This document shows, one piece after another, positions 23,539-33,549 of a stretch of DNA of 49,065 nt. The DNA is taken from IMG/VR virus record IMGVR_UViG_3300023181_000012; one strand, written 5' to 3'. The DNA is from a virus. Under the pieces are notes generated by a model. It did not search any database. It was not told the origin of the DNA and saw only the letters and a program-made list of their open reading frames with translations. Each line of letters starts with the position of its first letter. Positions within the stretch are counted from its first letter, which is position 1. A program made the position numbers and the translations under genes.

Positions 23539-25829
23539 GCAAGCCTCACTTGTAAAAGATAAAAAGCCAAGTTCGGGCCTTGGCTGTAGCCCATCCAAAT
23601 CGACGAAGTGTCAAAGCCCTGAGCGGCGTTTGCCGTGTCGCCCGGAATGAGAAGATCAGTTGACAGCGCGCGCAGGCCGATTGGCGCGTTTGCGCAGTAC
23701 AGCGGCGGTTTGCTGCCGTCGCCGAGGGATACGCTCCGGCTCGTATTCGGCACCGTCAACGTGCCGCCCGGCAGGCTGGCCTTCGGATAAATAGCCGGCA
23801 CCGGCAGCGCCAGCGAGCCGGGAATCGCGCCTTTGCGGGAGGCGAGACTAGCGAAGAAGAAATTGCCGAAGCTTACCACCTCCTTGCACGCGAACACAGA
23901 CACCTCTTTAGCGGTTGCAACCTGCCAGTTGACGTGGACTCCGCTACCGGTACCTACGCCATCGGCGCCGGTCAGGTCGACAGCCAAGGGCGCCACTGAG
24001 GCGACTGCTGCACTGGTTGCACGGAACGTGTCGGTGCTGGTATTGGTGCTGAGAGTGGTTCCCGTATCTATGAAGCTGAAAAATTCAACACCGAACTCAC
24101 CGCTCGCCAGTGTCCCATAGACAGCGGTCGCCATCGTGGCGAGGTAACCGACAGTCGCGACCCCTGAAACCGTGGTGAGGTTCGGCGAAGCGTTAGCGCT
24201 AGGCCCGATTGTGGCGACCGGCGACGCCCCGGAAAACGTTACTAATGCGACTGTGACCCGGAATCCGCTGGAGTTCATATACGCGATGATCCAGCGCTGG
24301 TAGGTAGTAAAAGCCCCCGGCTTGACTGTAATATTTGACGCCGACGTGACTGGAGCGGTTGCTGGCGTGCCGACCGTTGATACCGTGGCTGCAACGGCGT
24401 ATGGTGTGATGGTCAGCACGGTGGCGCTCGCCGTCATGACCGCAAACCGCGTAGAGTCAATCGGTAGCAGCGCCGGGGGTGCAACAGTGGCTAGCGCCGT
24501 TTCTGCTCCGGCAGCAGGAATGTCGGACACGGTAGTCAGAGCGCGGAAACGGATACTGGTAGTTCCGACCATGAAGCCGAGAACGTAGCTCGTCCCTACC
24601 GCAATCAGATCGACCAGACGGTTGCACGCCCCGCCGAGGGTAACCGCAGTCGCCGCCCCGGGAGTGATGACGTTACCCGCACTTCCGCCCCAAACCACCA
24701 TCGCCATCCCGGCGGTTTGCCCCTCGCCAACAGAAAACACCAAGAGCTGCCCCGGCGTGGCTGTCGGCACCGCCATGACATTATCGACAGCCCCTGCCGT
24801 TGCAAAGGCGGTACGCAGCAACACGACACCGCCCCACTGGTTCGTCGTCTGGTTATAAATCACGGCGTGCAGGGAGACGCCGTGCAGCAGAAGCATAATC
24901 CGGTCCGCATCAAGCGGGAATGCCTTTACGAACATCCCGGCCGTGCCGCCGATAACGGTGCTTGCGTTGGCGATGCGGCGGGCGCGCACACCGATAGGTG
25001 ACAGATTCTCGAAGCTCCAGACACCGCCTACCGTCGCGTTTTCAACAAGGTTTGCCCGCACTGATTCACCGGGCAGGACAAATCCTTTCAGTAAAACACC
25101 AACCTGACTAACCCCGATGTCATTCGCCACCGCGTTCAAGCTGGCAGGCTGGACGGCGTTGGTCAAAGTGAATTGCGCTTGGCCGAGGACAAGCGTGGTG
25201 GCGTTCGGTAGGTCGAAATCCAGTCCCGACACAGTAGGACTGACCGACTGCAAGCGTGCGCTCGCTGAGTTCAGCACGCGGTCGGCGGCCAGCGCGTAAT
25301 CGGCGTATGCGCCACCGGCTGCGAAAGGCGTCACGTAAGGGCCGGAGATTGTGATGGTCCACGCGCTGAAAGTGCCGGAGCCCACAAACGTCTCCGCGCC
25401 CATCAACAAAATCCCGGTCACCTTGTCATACGTCGCAACCCGGCCAATGAACCGGTTCCCCGTGCTCATCGTGGGGGATGCCACGATCATCATGCCCGGA
25501 GCGAATCCTTTGTTCGGCTGGACGTTGAAGGTGATCGCGGCGGCGCTCAGGGTCCGCGTGTCGGTGCTGGTCGCAACCAGGTCGACTGCCGCCACGCTGT
25601 TTGTCGCAGCTGTTTGAGCTTGTAGCGCCGAGCCAGCAGCGGCAACTGCGCTGTTATATGCTTCCAGTGCGTTATGCGCGACGTTGAGCGACGACATATA
25701 GAACTGCATAACCGCAGTCGTCAGCCAAGTGATAAACGCATCGACTCGATTGGCGAATGTTGACTTCTCGCCGCGCTGTGGAGCGGGTAAGGGAGTCGGT
25801 GTTAAGGTTGGTGGAGTTTCGATAGCCAT
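23535..25829 (-). CDS. tail fibre / distal tail protein (764 aa, Ala/Thr/Gly/Val-rich)
   Basis: Large ORF downstream of the tape measure. The N-terminal helical segment and the long low-charge, beta-rich composition are typical of fibres. Confidence 0.6.
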   Translation of the reverse strand: MAIETPPTLTPTPLPAPQRGEKSTFANRVDAFITWLTTAVMQFYMSSLNVAHNALEAYNSAVAAAGSALQAQTAATNSVAAVDLVATSTDTRTLSAAAITFNVQPNKGFAPGMMIVASPTMSTGNRFIGRVATYDKVTGILLMGAETFVGSGTFSAWTITISGPYVTPFAAGGAYADYALAADRVLNSASARLQSVSPTVSGLDFDLPNATTLVLGQAQFTLTNAVQPASLNAVANDIGVSQVGVLLKGFVLPGESVRANLVENATVGGVWSFENLSPIGVRARRIANASTVIGGTAGMFVKAFPLDADRIMLLLHGVSLHAVIYNQTTNQWGGVVLLRTAFATAGAVDNVMAVPTATPGQLLVFSVGEGQTAGMAMVVWGGSAGNVITPGAATAVTLGGACNRLVDLIAVGTSYVLGFMVGTTSIRFRALTTVSDIPAAGAETALATVAPPALLPIDSTRFAVMTASATVLTITPYAVAATVSTVGTPATAPVTSASNITVKPGAFTTYQRWIIAYMNSSGFRVTVALVTFSGASPVATIGPSANASPNLTTVSGVATVGYLATMATAVYGTLASGEFGVEFFSFIDTGTTLSTNTSTDTFRATSAAVASVAPLAVDLTGADGVGTGSGVHVNWQVATAKEVSVFACKEVVSFGNFFFASLASRKGAIPGSLALPVPAIYPKASLPGGTLTVPNTSRSVSLGDGSKPPLYCANAPIGLRALSTDLLIPGDTANAAQGFDTSSIWMGYSQGPNLAFYLLQVRLA

Positions 25830-26759
25830 TTAGATCATCCCGTTTACGCTGAGGGTTAAGATAATTTTCTTGTGATAATTATAGCCGAATGAGGCCGATA
25901 CTAAACCGTACACTTGGAGTGCCTCGTACCCCGGCAAATTACTACCAATGACAACACAAGGAATATCCAACGACCTTTGAACCACTCGGACTGCTTTATT
26001 GGCTTGTTCCAAATCTACTTGGGCCGTTGCCTTCATATCTGTGGCAAATGGACGACGGACGATAGAAGTTACACCAAACTTATCGGTTGCAATAGTACTG
26101 AATGTACGAGGGGATAAGGTCACCCCGAACTGTGTTTCGCCAAGATTTTCAGTTCGACCCATGAACAGTGAACCTACTGCCACATTACCGCTCGCTTTGG
26201 TGTATGTCACAGTTACTTCAGGATTGAAATAAACATCGATATCGTCAACCAAGAAAGAAGTCAGGAAATCATAACCGTCGAAGAAATATTCGTCATAGTC
26301 TGAAACATCAGAACTATCCATATCAATGTGTTTGGTATAAATAACGGTACCGCCGACTTGATCCTTGACAGAAACGTCAACATAATCGGCATCTATGTTG
26401 GACGAAAAGATAGACCCCACCGAACCTGTTACCATGACCACAGTTAAGGTTGATCCGCCGACGGTTTGGGTTGAATTCTGCTGATCGAACATAGCCCACC
26501 GGTTCGTCGCACCTAAATCGTTCCACCACGGGGTGACTCCGTTACGGTTTGCGACCAACGAAGGATCATGACCTAAATTCCCGGTCCTCAAGTTCTCATA
26601 AACATGGTGATTTTTTATGACCCGATCGCCGATGGTGTTGTAAGTAGTTCCGGCGACGTAAGCCGGATAGTCGGTTTCAGGTACAGTGCTACTAACCAAA
26701 CCCGCGTCAGTCAACGTGTTCGGTATGAGCAGTTCTAATTGGGATACTAAGTCAGCCAT
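25830..26759 (-). CDS. distal tail protein (309 aa)
   Basis: Lies immediately downstream of the tape measure. YVAGTTYNTIGDRV...VTPWWNDLGATNRWAMFD recalls N-termini of phage tail/host-specificity proteins. Confidence 0.5.
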   Translation of the reverse strand: MADLVSQLELLIPNTLTDAGLVSSTVPETDYPAYVAGTTYNTIGDRVIKNHHVYENLRTGNLGHDPSLVANRNGVTPWWNDLGATNRWAMFDQQNSTQTVGGSTLTVVMVTGSVGSIFSSNIDADYVDVSVKDQVGGTVIYTKHIDMDSSDVSDYDEYFFDGYDFLTSFLVDDIDVYFNPEVTVTYTKASGNVAVGSLFMGRTENLGETQFGVTLSPRTFSTIATDKFGVTSIVRRPFATDMKATAQVDLEQANKAVRVVQRSLDIPCVVIGSNLPGYEALQVYGLVSASFGYNYHKKIILTLSVNGMI

Positions 26760-26762
26760 TAT

Positions 26763-29700
26763 TTATCCGTTCGCAATTACCATCGCACCACCACCACCGG
26801 TGACCTTGTAGAGCATGTCGCCCGATTGTTCGGAGCCATCGGCGCCGCGCTTGACTTCATCATAGATCATTTCCAGACCGGCATTCAACCCTTCAATGGC
26901 AGCAGCTACTTCAGACCAATCACCACTGCCCATCATTTGAGCCGTTTGCTGCGCGGTGTATACCCGAGCCGGATTAGTGAAGTTCACCATTTCAGGACCA
27001 CGTTCACCTACCATAGACCAGCCCGAAGCGATACCACCATTAGCATGCGAATGGGATTTGATATATTCGTCCGAACTGTAGAAGTACGAAATCAGTTCCG
27101 CACCACTGAGGTTCTTTTCGGCAGCGGTTTTAGTCCACCAATCAACAGCACCTGCTTCGGGATCGCGACCCAATATGGTCTTATATAACGAAGTTACGTC
27201 GTCTGCGCTAGCTGTTGCGGGTTTGGTTATTTGTCCTCCGCCCGGAGTAGCGCCAGGCGCGGCGATCCCGCCCCCTTTACCTATCAGCGCCAAAGCATTA
27301 TTCACAGAGGATGTAAAGGCCGCCAACAGCGATCCCATATCCTTGATGGCCAGCTGAGTGCCGTTCATTGCATCAAGCTGTGATTGAGCCAATTTCAGTA
27401 CCAGGTCATATTGGGCGATTTCCGAATCGTATGCTTTCTGCGCCAATGCAATTGCGTCAGTGTAGAACTTTGCGGCATCGTCTTTAGCTTTAGTAGCCAC
27501 ATCCAATGCGAGTTGGGCTTTATCGACTTGCTTGCCGGTCAAAGCATTCAACTCCGAAATCCGGCCGGCCGTCACATACAGATCACGGTTATAGTCGGCA
27601 CGGCTGGAGAAGTCTTCTTCGTTCGATTGGCTTGCAGTTTTCAATGCACCTGCGATGTCTTCGGCTTTCGGCAACACTCCAGTGGCTTTAGCGACATCCA
27701 ATGCCCTTTTAATCTGATCGATTGCGCTCGCACGATTGTCCGCGGTCGTTCCGGCCGGTGCGAACGAATTCAGCGTTGAAGTCAAGGATGTTTGTAAACT
27801 CTTAGTCGCGTCGAGAGTCGCTTTAGCCGCATCGATTTGTTTATCATACAATTCCTTAGCCGACGAAGCTTGAGCATTCAGAACCGCGACTTGCGCATCC
27901 AAGTTAGCTTTCGCTTTGTCTTTCAACAAATTGATATTCCCACTCAAAGCGGCGAACGCATCGGACGCGACACCTTTCAGTTTATCGATAGCCGCCTTTT
28001 CGTCGGTCAGCAGATTAATGCGTTCTTGTAGAGGACGAAGGGAGGCGTCCATTGCGGACAGTTCGATTGCACGTTGTTGAGCAATGATAGCCGTGGACGC
28101 AGACGAATTGCTTTCCAAGTCTGCGATAGTAAGTTGCATAGACAACGACTTGTCACGGAGGCTGTTAGCTTTTTCAAGTGCTGCTGCGGTTTTTTCAAGT
28201 GCGTCAGCCTCGTCGTTCAAAGCGTTAATTCGTTCTTGGTATGGGCGCAACAATGGGTCCATCGCAGCCAGTTCCAAGCGACGTTGTTCGGCGATGATCG
28301 CGACCGCAGCAGCTGTATTGTTTTCTAGATTGGCGATCGTCAATTGCATGGACAAACGTTTATTCGTCAATTCAAGCTGCTTGGCGGCCTGTTCTTCGGC
28401 AGCCTTGGTTGTCTCTTTCAGCGCATCGGTTACCGTTTTGAAAGCTGGTCCCAAGGCAAGCAGAGCCACGTAAGTATCGGCCCCTTCTTTTGTGGCCAAT
28501 TTACCGGAGTTCGTCAGATCAAGCACAGCCTGTTTATATTGTTCGGACGTAGTAACCGCACCGTAGCCGAGCTTAGCTAGTTGCTCGTTCAAAGTTTGTT
28601 GAACCGGGGCCAGTTGCTCAGCGGCGGTTAAGAAGTTTTGCGAGAAGAAACCGACCAAACTGTCAAGATTTTCGATACCCCCGGCAGCCGCGATAAGCTG
28701 TTCGGTCGACTTCAAGGCAGCTTCACCGACTGCACCGAATGCTTTCTGCATAGTCGATCCACTAGCAACAATCACGGCTTGAACCGCGGCGTAGTTGCCA
28801 GTAACGCGTTGCAGAGTTGCAGCCGCAGTTTCACCCTCAGCAGTGAAGTCTTTCAAACTAGGAACAAGTTTGTTCGCCATTTCGTCACCCAAGTCGGAGA
28901 AGAACTTGGTTATGATTTCGCTGTCTTTAGTCTTATCACCGGTCGTTTTGATATCGAATGTTTTGCTAAAACCGTTGAGCGCACTTCCGTCATTCCCCAA
29001 TATCCCGGCAAAGCTCTTGACGGTGGCCACAATACCTTTGATGGTATTGTCGAACTCTTTATCGGTATTGGCATCCAAGCCACCTGCAATTTCATAACGT
29101 TTGCTACTGCGGAAAATACCGCCTTTTTCGATAATTTTGGCGTAGCTTTCACCGGTCAGGCCTTCGGTGTTTACTGTACCGCGGAAACCTTGGCTTTCCA
29201 TTCGCGGGTCAGCACGACCGAACAATTTGGTGTTGATAGAGGCGCCCGACAAAATGTTAGCCAAAGCACCGCCGACACCTAACTTTTCCAAAACGGTGTT
29301 GGTCATGTTGGTCGGAGCGGAAATAGCTTTGCCGATGCCAGTGATGGTACCGTTGTTGGCAGTGAAGCCTTCTTTGCGGAATCCGTTAGCTGCTGCCATA
29401 CCTGCGATGATCCAACCGATGACAGGGATGGCCGCAGCAGCGCTTGCACCTGCAGAGATACCCCCAGCCGCAGCGGTCCCGGCAGTGGCGCTGATCGTAC
29501 CTTCAGCCACCGCAGCACTATAAGCAGCTGAAGCAGTAGCTGCCTGAGAAGCCGACATACCCAAACCTGCGCCGAATGAGGATGCGGCGGTCGAACCGAA
29601 CAAATTGCCGATACCGGATACTACCGTTCCCAAGCTACCGGCCACACCAGACGCGAATCCGTTGTAGATGGTTTTGCCAATAGTGAACAGACTTGAGCCT

Positions 29701-32168
29701 TGGTTAAACATGCTCATTATACTTGTACCGGCACCGGCCTCACCCGAAGCACTACCACCGGTAATCAAGCTCGCGCCAAAGTTCGCAATCGGCTTGATGA
29801 TCGGTTCCAACACCAATCGAGCGAACCAGCTTTTAACATCAGTCATCAACTTCTTGAATCCAGCTTCACCGCCTCGACCGATGGCGTTATACAAACCTTC
29901 TTCGATCTTGTTTGACGACTTTTCGAACTCGTCTTCGTATTTTTTGGCCGCCTTTTTCATGGCATCAGTAGCTGCTTTTTCTTCTTCCTTTTCGGCGCCG
30001 GCGAACAAAGCAGTGGCCAAGCCGCGTTTAGCTTTTGCCAGGCGATCCAATTCGGCCGCGTAGTCCATCAATTGTTTGGTGCTTTCCGGCGAGTAGATGG
30101 CGTTCAAACGGATACCTGAAGCAGTCTGTTCATCACTAGCAGCAGCATCGTTCAGACGAATAGCCTTCAGATCGTCAATCATGGCTTTGGTCTTACCGAT
30201 CAAATCGTTTGCTTCGATTTGTTTTTGAGTCTTTTCTTGCATCTTGTCAGCTTCGTCCGACAGTTCTTTGATCGACTTGGCGTTTGCTTTTTCTTCTTCC
30301 TTGCGCAGCGTCAAGTTTCGGTCATCGATTACATACTCTTCCAACTTGGCGGCGATAATCCGTTTCTGCTGATCGATGGACATACCGCGGGCTGCGACCA
30401 GACCCAAGGTACCATTCTTCATGTCTTCCATGACCTTGGCAGCGAACTTCTCAGCTTCAGTCAACTTGGTTTCGCTGGTCAACGAGAGTTTGAGAACTGC
30501 ATCTTTCTCGGCGATCTTCTCAATCAGCGAACCAAAGCTTTGTTCGTATTGACGGTTGAGTTTGTCATTCTCTTTGTTGGCTTTCGTCAAATCCTTACCT
30601 GCCGTCGAAGCCGCATAGGTTTTGGTCGCAAGTTCTTCGACCAGACCTACATATTCAGACTGAGACAGCTTTCCGTCTTCATACGATTTGTACAGTGCAT
30701 TCAAATCCTTGAAATAGTTTTTGGTGATTCCAGCCAAACGAGACCGAGCTTCAAACAAATCCTTTTCGCTAGAAGTGGCTTTCAACATGGTCATGTCGTC
30801 ACTACCTGGACCGGTGTTCATAGCATCACGAGCTTTCAAAGCCTCGTTGGTGATTTGGCCGATACGATCCTGATAACGTTTAAGTTCGGTTTCAGCATTC
30901 TTATTGTCTTCCTGCATGGCCGAACGGATAGTGGCCACATCCTTGAAGTTCCCGGAAAGGACGGCGGCAAACTGCGCAGCGATACCGCCAATCTCACGGC
31001 CGATACCTTTAAAGACGTAGACTACATCGGAACTCAGCAAAAGGATAGTTTCAAGAACCGAACCGACAACCCGCATGGTGATAGCCATGCCGTCGAGTCC
31101 GGTAGTTGCGACTTTGGTGCCATCGGCGACTTCATCTTTAAAGACTTTACCCATTTGGAACAGCAAAAGGGACAAACCTTCAACTTGATTAGCAAACATT
31201 CCACTGGCACCAGTCATCTTATCGAACCAACCCACGGTGCGGGTAGCATCATTGTTCAAGTCACTGAAAGCACCCGAAACGGTATTGCCGACATTTACGG
31301 CTTCCGCACGCAGCTTGTCCAAGTTCTTCAACAGGGCATTTGCGATGACATCGGAAGTCAATTGCCCTTGGCTCGACAAACCTTTAAGTGCCCCGGTAGG
31401 GACATCCAGCGAGTCAGCAAGAACCTGCATGAATCGAGGTGAGTTCTCAGCCAAGCTACGGAATTCATCACCGGCCAACTTGCCCGAACCCATCGCTTGT
31501 GCGAACTGGAGAACTGAGGACGCCGATTCACTTGCGCTAGCTCCGCCAATTTTCAGCGCCGCCCCGAAGGCTTCAACGATACCCGCCACTTCTTTTGCAC
31601 CACCCCCTAAACGCATGACCGGATCATATAGCTTAGTATAGAGGCTACCGGTCTCTTTAAGACCAGTATTATTGACCTGCGAAATGCGGTAGATATCCTC
31701 TTGCGCCATATTATAGTCTTGGGCGCTTTTAGTAACGATACGAAGCCGGCCGTCAAGCTGCGTGACAGCATCGGCCATTTCAAAGAACTTATCGGCGAGG
31801 TATACGACACTCAAGCCGCCAAGTAAAGATTTTATTGCGCCGAATACTGTGGTCATTCGATTACCGCTATTGACAATGTTAATAACACTGTTGTTTACGG
31901 TAATCAGAGTTTGATTGAAATTGTTGGTCGTGTTGTTGACCGTGTTGAATGTCTGATTGAGACTACCCACACTACCTGCCAGCTGTTGGAACAACGAGGT
32001 AATAGACGACAAACGACCTGCGATATTCAGGAAGTTCGTCAGAGTGGTATTGAGATTGTTGACACGGGCAGCCGCTTGGTCAGCAGCCGCCGCAATGTCC
32101 AAAATATTACGCTGAACAACACGCGCTCCGTCTTCACGGATATTGATGATGATGTTTTCAGTCGTCAT
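26763..32168 (-). CDS. tail tape measure protein (1801 aa) with DUF4214-like segment
   Basis: The size, long coiled-coil/Ala-rich regions and Gly/Ala hydrophobic central segment fit a tape measure. The C-terminal VGERGPEMV motif is present. The gene lies after frameshifted chaperones. DDVTSLYKTILGRDPEAGAVDWW resembles DUF4214. Confidence 0.85.
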   Translation of the reverse strand: MTTENIIINIREDGARVVQRNILDIAAAADQAAARVNNLNTTLTNFLNIAGRLSSITSLFQQLAGSVGSLNQTFNTVNNTTNNFNQTLITVNNSVINIVNSGNRMTTVFGAIKSLLGGLSVVYLADKFFEMADAVTQLDGRLRIVTKSAQDYNMAQEDIYRISQVNNTGLKETGSLYTKLYDPVMRLGGGAKEVAGIVEAFGAALKIGGASASESASSVLQFAQAMGSGKLAGDEFRSLAENSPRFMQVLADSLDVPTGALKGLSSQGQLTSDVIANALLKNLDKLRAEAVNVGNTVSGAFSDLNNDATRTVGWFDKMTGASGMFANQVEGLSLLLFQMGKVFKDEVADGTKVATTGLDGMAITMRVVGSVLETILLLSSDVVYVFKGIGREIGGIAAQFAAVLSGNFKDVATIRSAMQEDNKNAETELKRYQDRIGQITNEALKARDAMNTGPGSDDMTMLKATSSEKDLFEARSRLAGITKNYFKDLNALYKSYEDGKLSQSEYVGLVEELATKTYAASTAGKDLTKANKENDKLNRQYEQSFGSLIEKIAEKDAVLKLSLTSETKLTEAEKFAAKVMEDMKNGTLGLVAARGMSIDQQKRIIAAKLEEYVIDDRNLTLRKEEEKANAKSIKELSDEADKMQEKTQKQIEANDLIGKTKAMIDDLKAIRLNDAAASDEQTASGIRLNAIYSPESTKQLMDYAAELDRLAKAKRGLATALFAGAEKEEEKAATDAMKKAAKKYEDEFEKSSNKIEEGLYNAIGRGGEAGFKKLMTDVKSWFARLVLEPIIKPIANFGASLITGGSASGEAGAGTSIMSMFNQGSSLFTIGKTIYNGFASGVAGSLGTVVSGIGNLFGSTAASSFGAGLGMSASQAATASAAYSAAVAEGTISATAGTAAAGGISAGASAAAAIPVIGWIIAGMAAANGFRKEGFTANNGTITGIGKAISAPTNMTNTVLEKLGVGGALANILSGASINTKLFGRADPRMESQGFRGTVNTEGLTGESYAKIIEKGGIFRSSKRYEIAGGLDANTDKEFDNTIKGIVATVKSFAGILGNDGSALNGFSKTFDIKTTGDKTKDSEIITKFFSDLGDEMANKLVPSLKDFTAEGETAAATLQRVTGNYAAVQAVIVASGSTMQKAFGAVGEAALKSTEQLIAAAGGIENLDSLVGFFSQNFLTAAEQLAPVQQTLNEQLAKLGYGAVTTSEQYKQAVLDLTNSGKLATKEGADTYVALLALGPAFKTVTDALKETTKAAEEQAAKQLELTNKRLSMQLTIANLENNTAAAVAIIAEQRRLELAAMDPLLRPYQERINALNDEADALEKTAAALEKANSLRDKSLSMQLTIADLESNSSASTAIIAQQRAIELSAMDASLRPLQERINLLTDEKAAIDKLKGVASDAFAALSGNINLLKDKAKANLDAQVAVLNAQASSAKELYDKQIDAAKATLDATKSLQTSLTSTLNSFAPAGTTADNRASAIDQIKRALDVAKATGVLPKAEDIAGALKTASQSNEEDFSSRADYNRDLYVTAGRISELNALTGKQVDKAQLALDVATKAKDDAAKFYTDAIALAQKAYDSEIAQYDLVLKLAQSQLDAMNGTQLAIKDMGSLLAAFTSSVNNALALIGKGGGIAAPGATPGGGQITKPATASADDVTSLYKTILGRDPEAGAVDWWTKTAAEKNLSGAELISYFYSSDEYIKSHSHANGGIASGWSMVGERGPEMVNFTNPARVYTAQQTAQMMGSGDWSEVAAAIEGLNAGLEMIYDEVKRGADGSEQSGDMLYKVTGGGGAMVIANG
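27942..28361 (-). repeat. in-frame tandem duplication (2 x 210 nt / 70 aa) inside the tape measure gene
   Basis: KRLSMQLTIANLENNTAAAVAIIAEQRRLELAAMDPLLRPYQERINALNDE aligns with KSLSMQLTIADLESNSSASTAIIAQQRAIELSAMDASLRPLQERINLLTDE. The unit starts are at 28361 and 28151. Confidence 0.8.
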
Positions 32169-32593
32169 GGTAATATTTTCTTGTTTGTTACTGCACGAAC
32201 GCCGACCATAATTGCCTGTTCGACGAAATTGGCCGGGGCTTGGCTGGATGATCCGTTATTTAGATCATCGATGTAATCGAGGTTATTGGTGATGAATAAA
32301 CCTTCTTGCTGACCGGTGTAACGGCTCGCCGCAGATCGGATTGAAGCCATTGCGACAGTGGCACCCTCCCCGGGTGACGAAGGCTGTGAGGGATAAGGTT
32401 TCAGTACCCCTTGAGCCGGAGCGCCGACAGTCCCTTGCCAGTTTAAACGGGCGCGAGAAGTATCGACTGGAGTTCCGTACACAACAGTGCTGCCGACCTT
32501 TTCATACACTTCTTTGACAACGCGAACCCGACCGACATCAACTTCTTGAGCGGTAGCTCTCATTCGATTAGCAAGGTCACTCAGGTTCGCCAT
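32165..32593 (-). CDS. virion protein, HK97 gp10-like (143 aa)
   Basis: Start at MANLSDL with a GAAGGA RBS. ATGA overlap with the tape measure start. VDTSRARLNWQ and NNGSSSQAPANFVEQA resemble the HK97 gp10 family. Confidence 0.5.
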   Translation of the reverse strand: MANLSDLANRMRATAQEVDVGRVRVVKEVYEKVGSTVVYGTPVDTSRARLNWQGTVGAPAQGVLKPYPSQPSSPGEGATVAMASIRSAASRYTGQQEGLFITNNLDYIDDLNNGSSSQAPANFVEQAIMVGVRAVTNKKILP

Positions 32594-33406
32594 TATTGTC
32601 GTCCTTCTCCGGTTTCTTTTTCCCGGGTGGGTTTTCTTTGGCCACATGCTCTTGATACACGGCGTCCATCTGCAAAATCAACTCCGCGAAATCGTCCATA
32701 TCCTCGTATGCTACTTCATGCTCCCGGCAATACTGGGTGCACATAAAATACGTGATGCTTCCCAAACCCATCAAGTTCAAACGGCAAGTCGACAGTTTAA
32801 AGAAAGCGTTATAGACGAAAACATTATGCAGATGCAACGTCGGTGCGTTTTTCAAGGCGTCCGGCAGAGGCATTTTGTAGCGCAACGCCCTCTGATAAAT
32901 CGCCTTTTCGGTTTTGCCCTGCTGAAGTGTGAACAGCAGGACTTCCTTTAGTTTTTTGCGTCTTCTTCCAGCGCCATGACGCGGAACAGCGACTGTTTGT
33001 TGGCCTGGACTTGGATGTCGGTGAACAGGTCCGGCAGCATTTCCATGTACGACTCGCAGTTCTTTTTGGTGAACTCGATGAATTCACCGTCTTGGTCCTG
33101 CACGTTGTTCCAGCCGAGGATTACGGTTTCGGCGAAGGTCTCACGCATGATGCGCTTGCCGATTTCAGGCGGCAACGAGTCGGCTTGGATCATACGTTTG
33201 TAGGGTTTGGTCTTCACTTCGAACACTTTATCGAAGCGGGTGTTGCTACCGCCGGCGCGGGCGATCGTGAATTCGATTGGTACTTCTTTACCGTCGCGGG
33301 TAGTGGTGCCGTATTGCAGAACAATGCCGGTCTTTTCCAGATTACGGTCGGTGTCGAAGGTTTCGAACAATGGGGATGCTTTTTGCACTGCGACGTCTTT
33401 GCTCAT
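32577..33406 (-). CDS. tail assembly chaperone -1 frameshift fusion product (GT-like)
   Basis: Hand translation: after a -1 slip on A_AAA_AAC (plus coordinates 32951-32957), the reading continues CTA AAG GAA GTC ... TTG CGC TAC AAA ATG. There is no stop, and it runs into ORF 32577..32885 (RYKMPLPDALK...). Confidence 0.7.
32916..32957 (-). promoter_or_regulatory. programmed -1 ribosomal frameshift signal (slippery AAAAAAC plus downstream hairpin)
   Basis: The heptamer lies at 32951-32957. After an 8-nt spacer, GUCCUGCUG-uucacacuu-CAGCAGGGC forms a 9-bp stem including one G.U pair (32916-32942). Confidence 0.65.
32948..33406 (-). CDS. tail assembly chaperone (G-like, 152 aa)
   Basis: Start at MSKDVAV with an AGGAG RBS. 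The gene lies upstream of the tape measure and ends in the slippery heptamer A_AAA_AAC followed by TAA. Confidence 0.75.
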   Translation of the reverse strand: MSKDVAVQKASPLFETFDTDRNLEKTGIVLQYGTTTRDGKEVPIEFTIARAGGSNTRFDKVFEVKTKPYKRMIQADSLPPEIGKRIMRETFAETVILGWNNVQDQDGEFIEFTKKNCESYMEMLPDLFTDIQVQANKQSLFRVMALEEDAKN

Positions 33407-33426
33407 TTTGAAACTCCTGAAAGGTT

Positions 33427-33461
33427 GAACGGGCGTGACCACAATTGATCGGCGCCCGTTC
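33427..33461 (-). other. stem-loop between SGNH gene and chaperone gene
   Basis: GAACGGGCG-(17 nt)-CGCCCGTTC forms a 9-bp stem. There is no clear U-run. Confidence 0.5.
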
Positions 33462-33549
33462 ATTCTAACCTATCTCAAGTGGCAGGGACAGGTCTTCTAG
33501 TACACTTCATTCGGCAGGCCGGCGCCGGTCTCGGTGTTGAGGGTCATGG

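Noticed and set aside
33464-33549. 16-aa ORF (MTLNTETGAGLPNEVY) and a CCGGCGCCGG palindrome just downstream of the SGNH gene
   Set aside because: The ORF is too short, has no RBS and overlaps the upstream stop by chance. The palindrome has no loop and is probably just GC-rich spacer.
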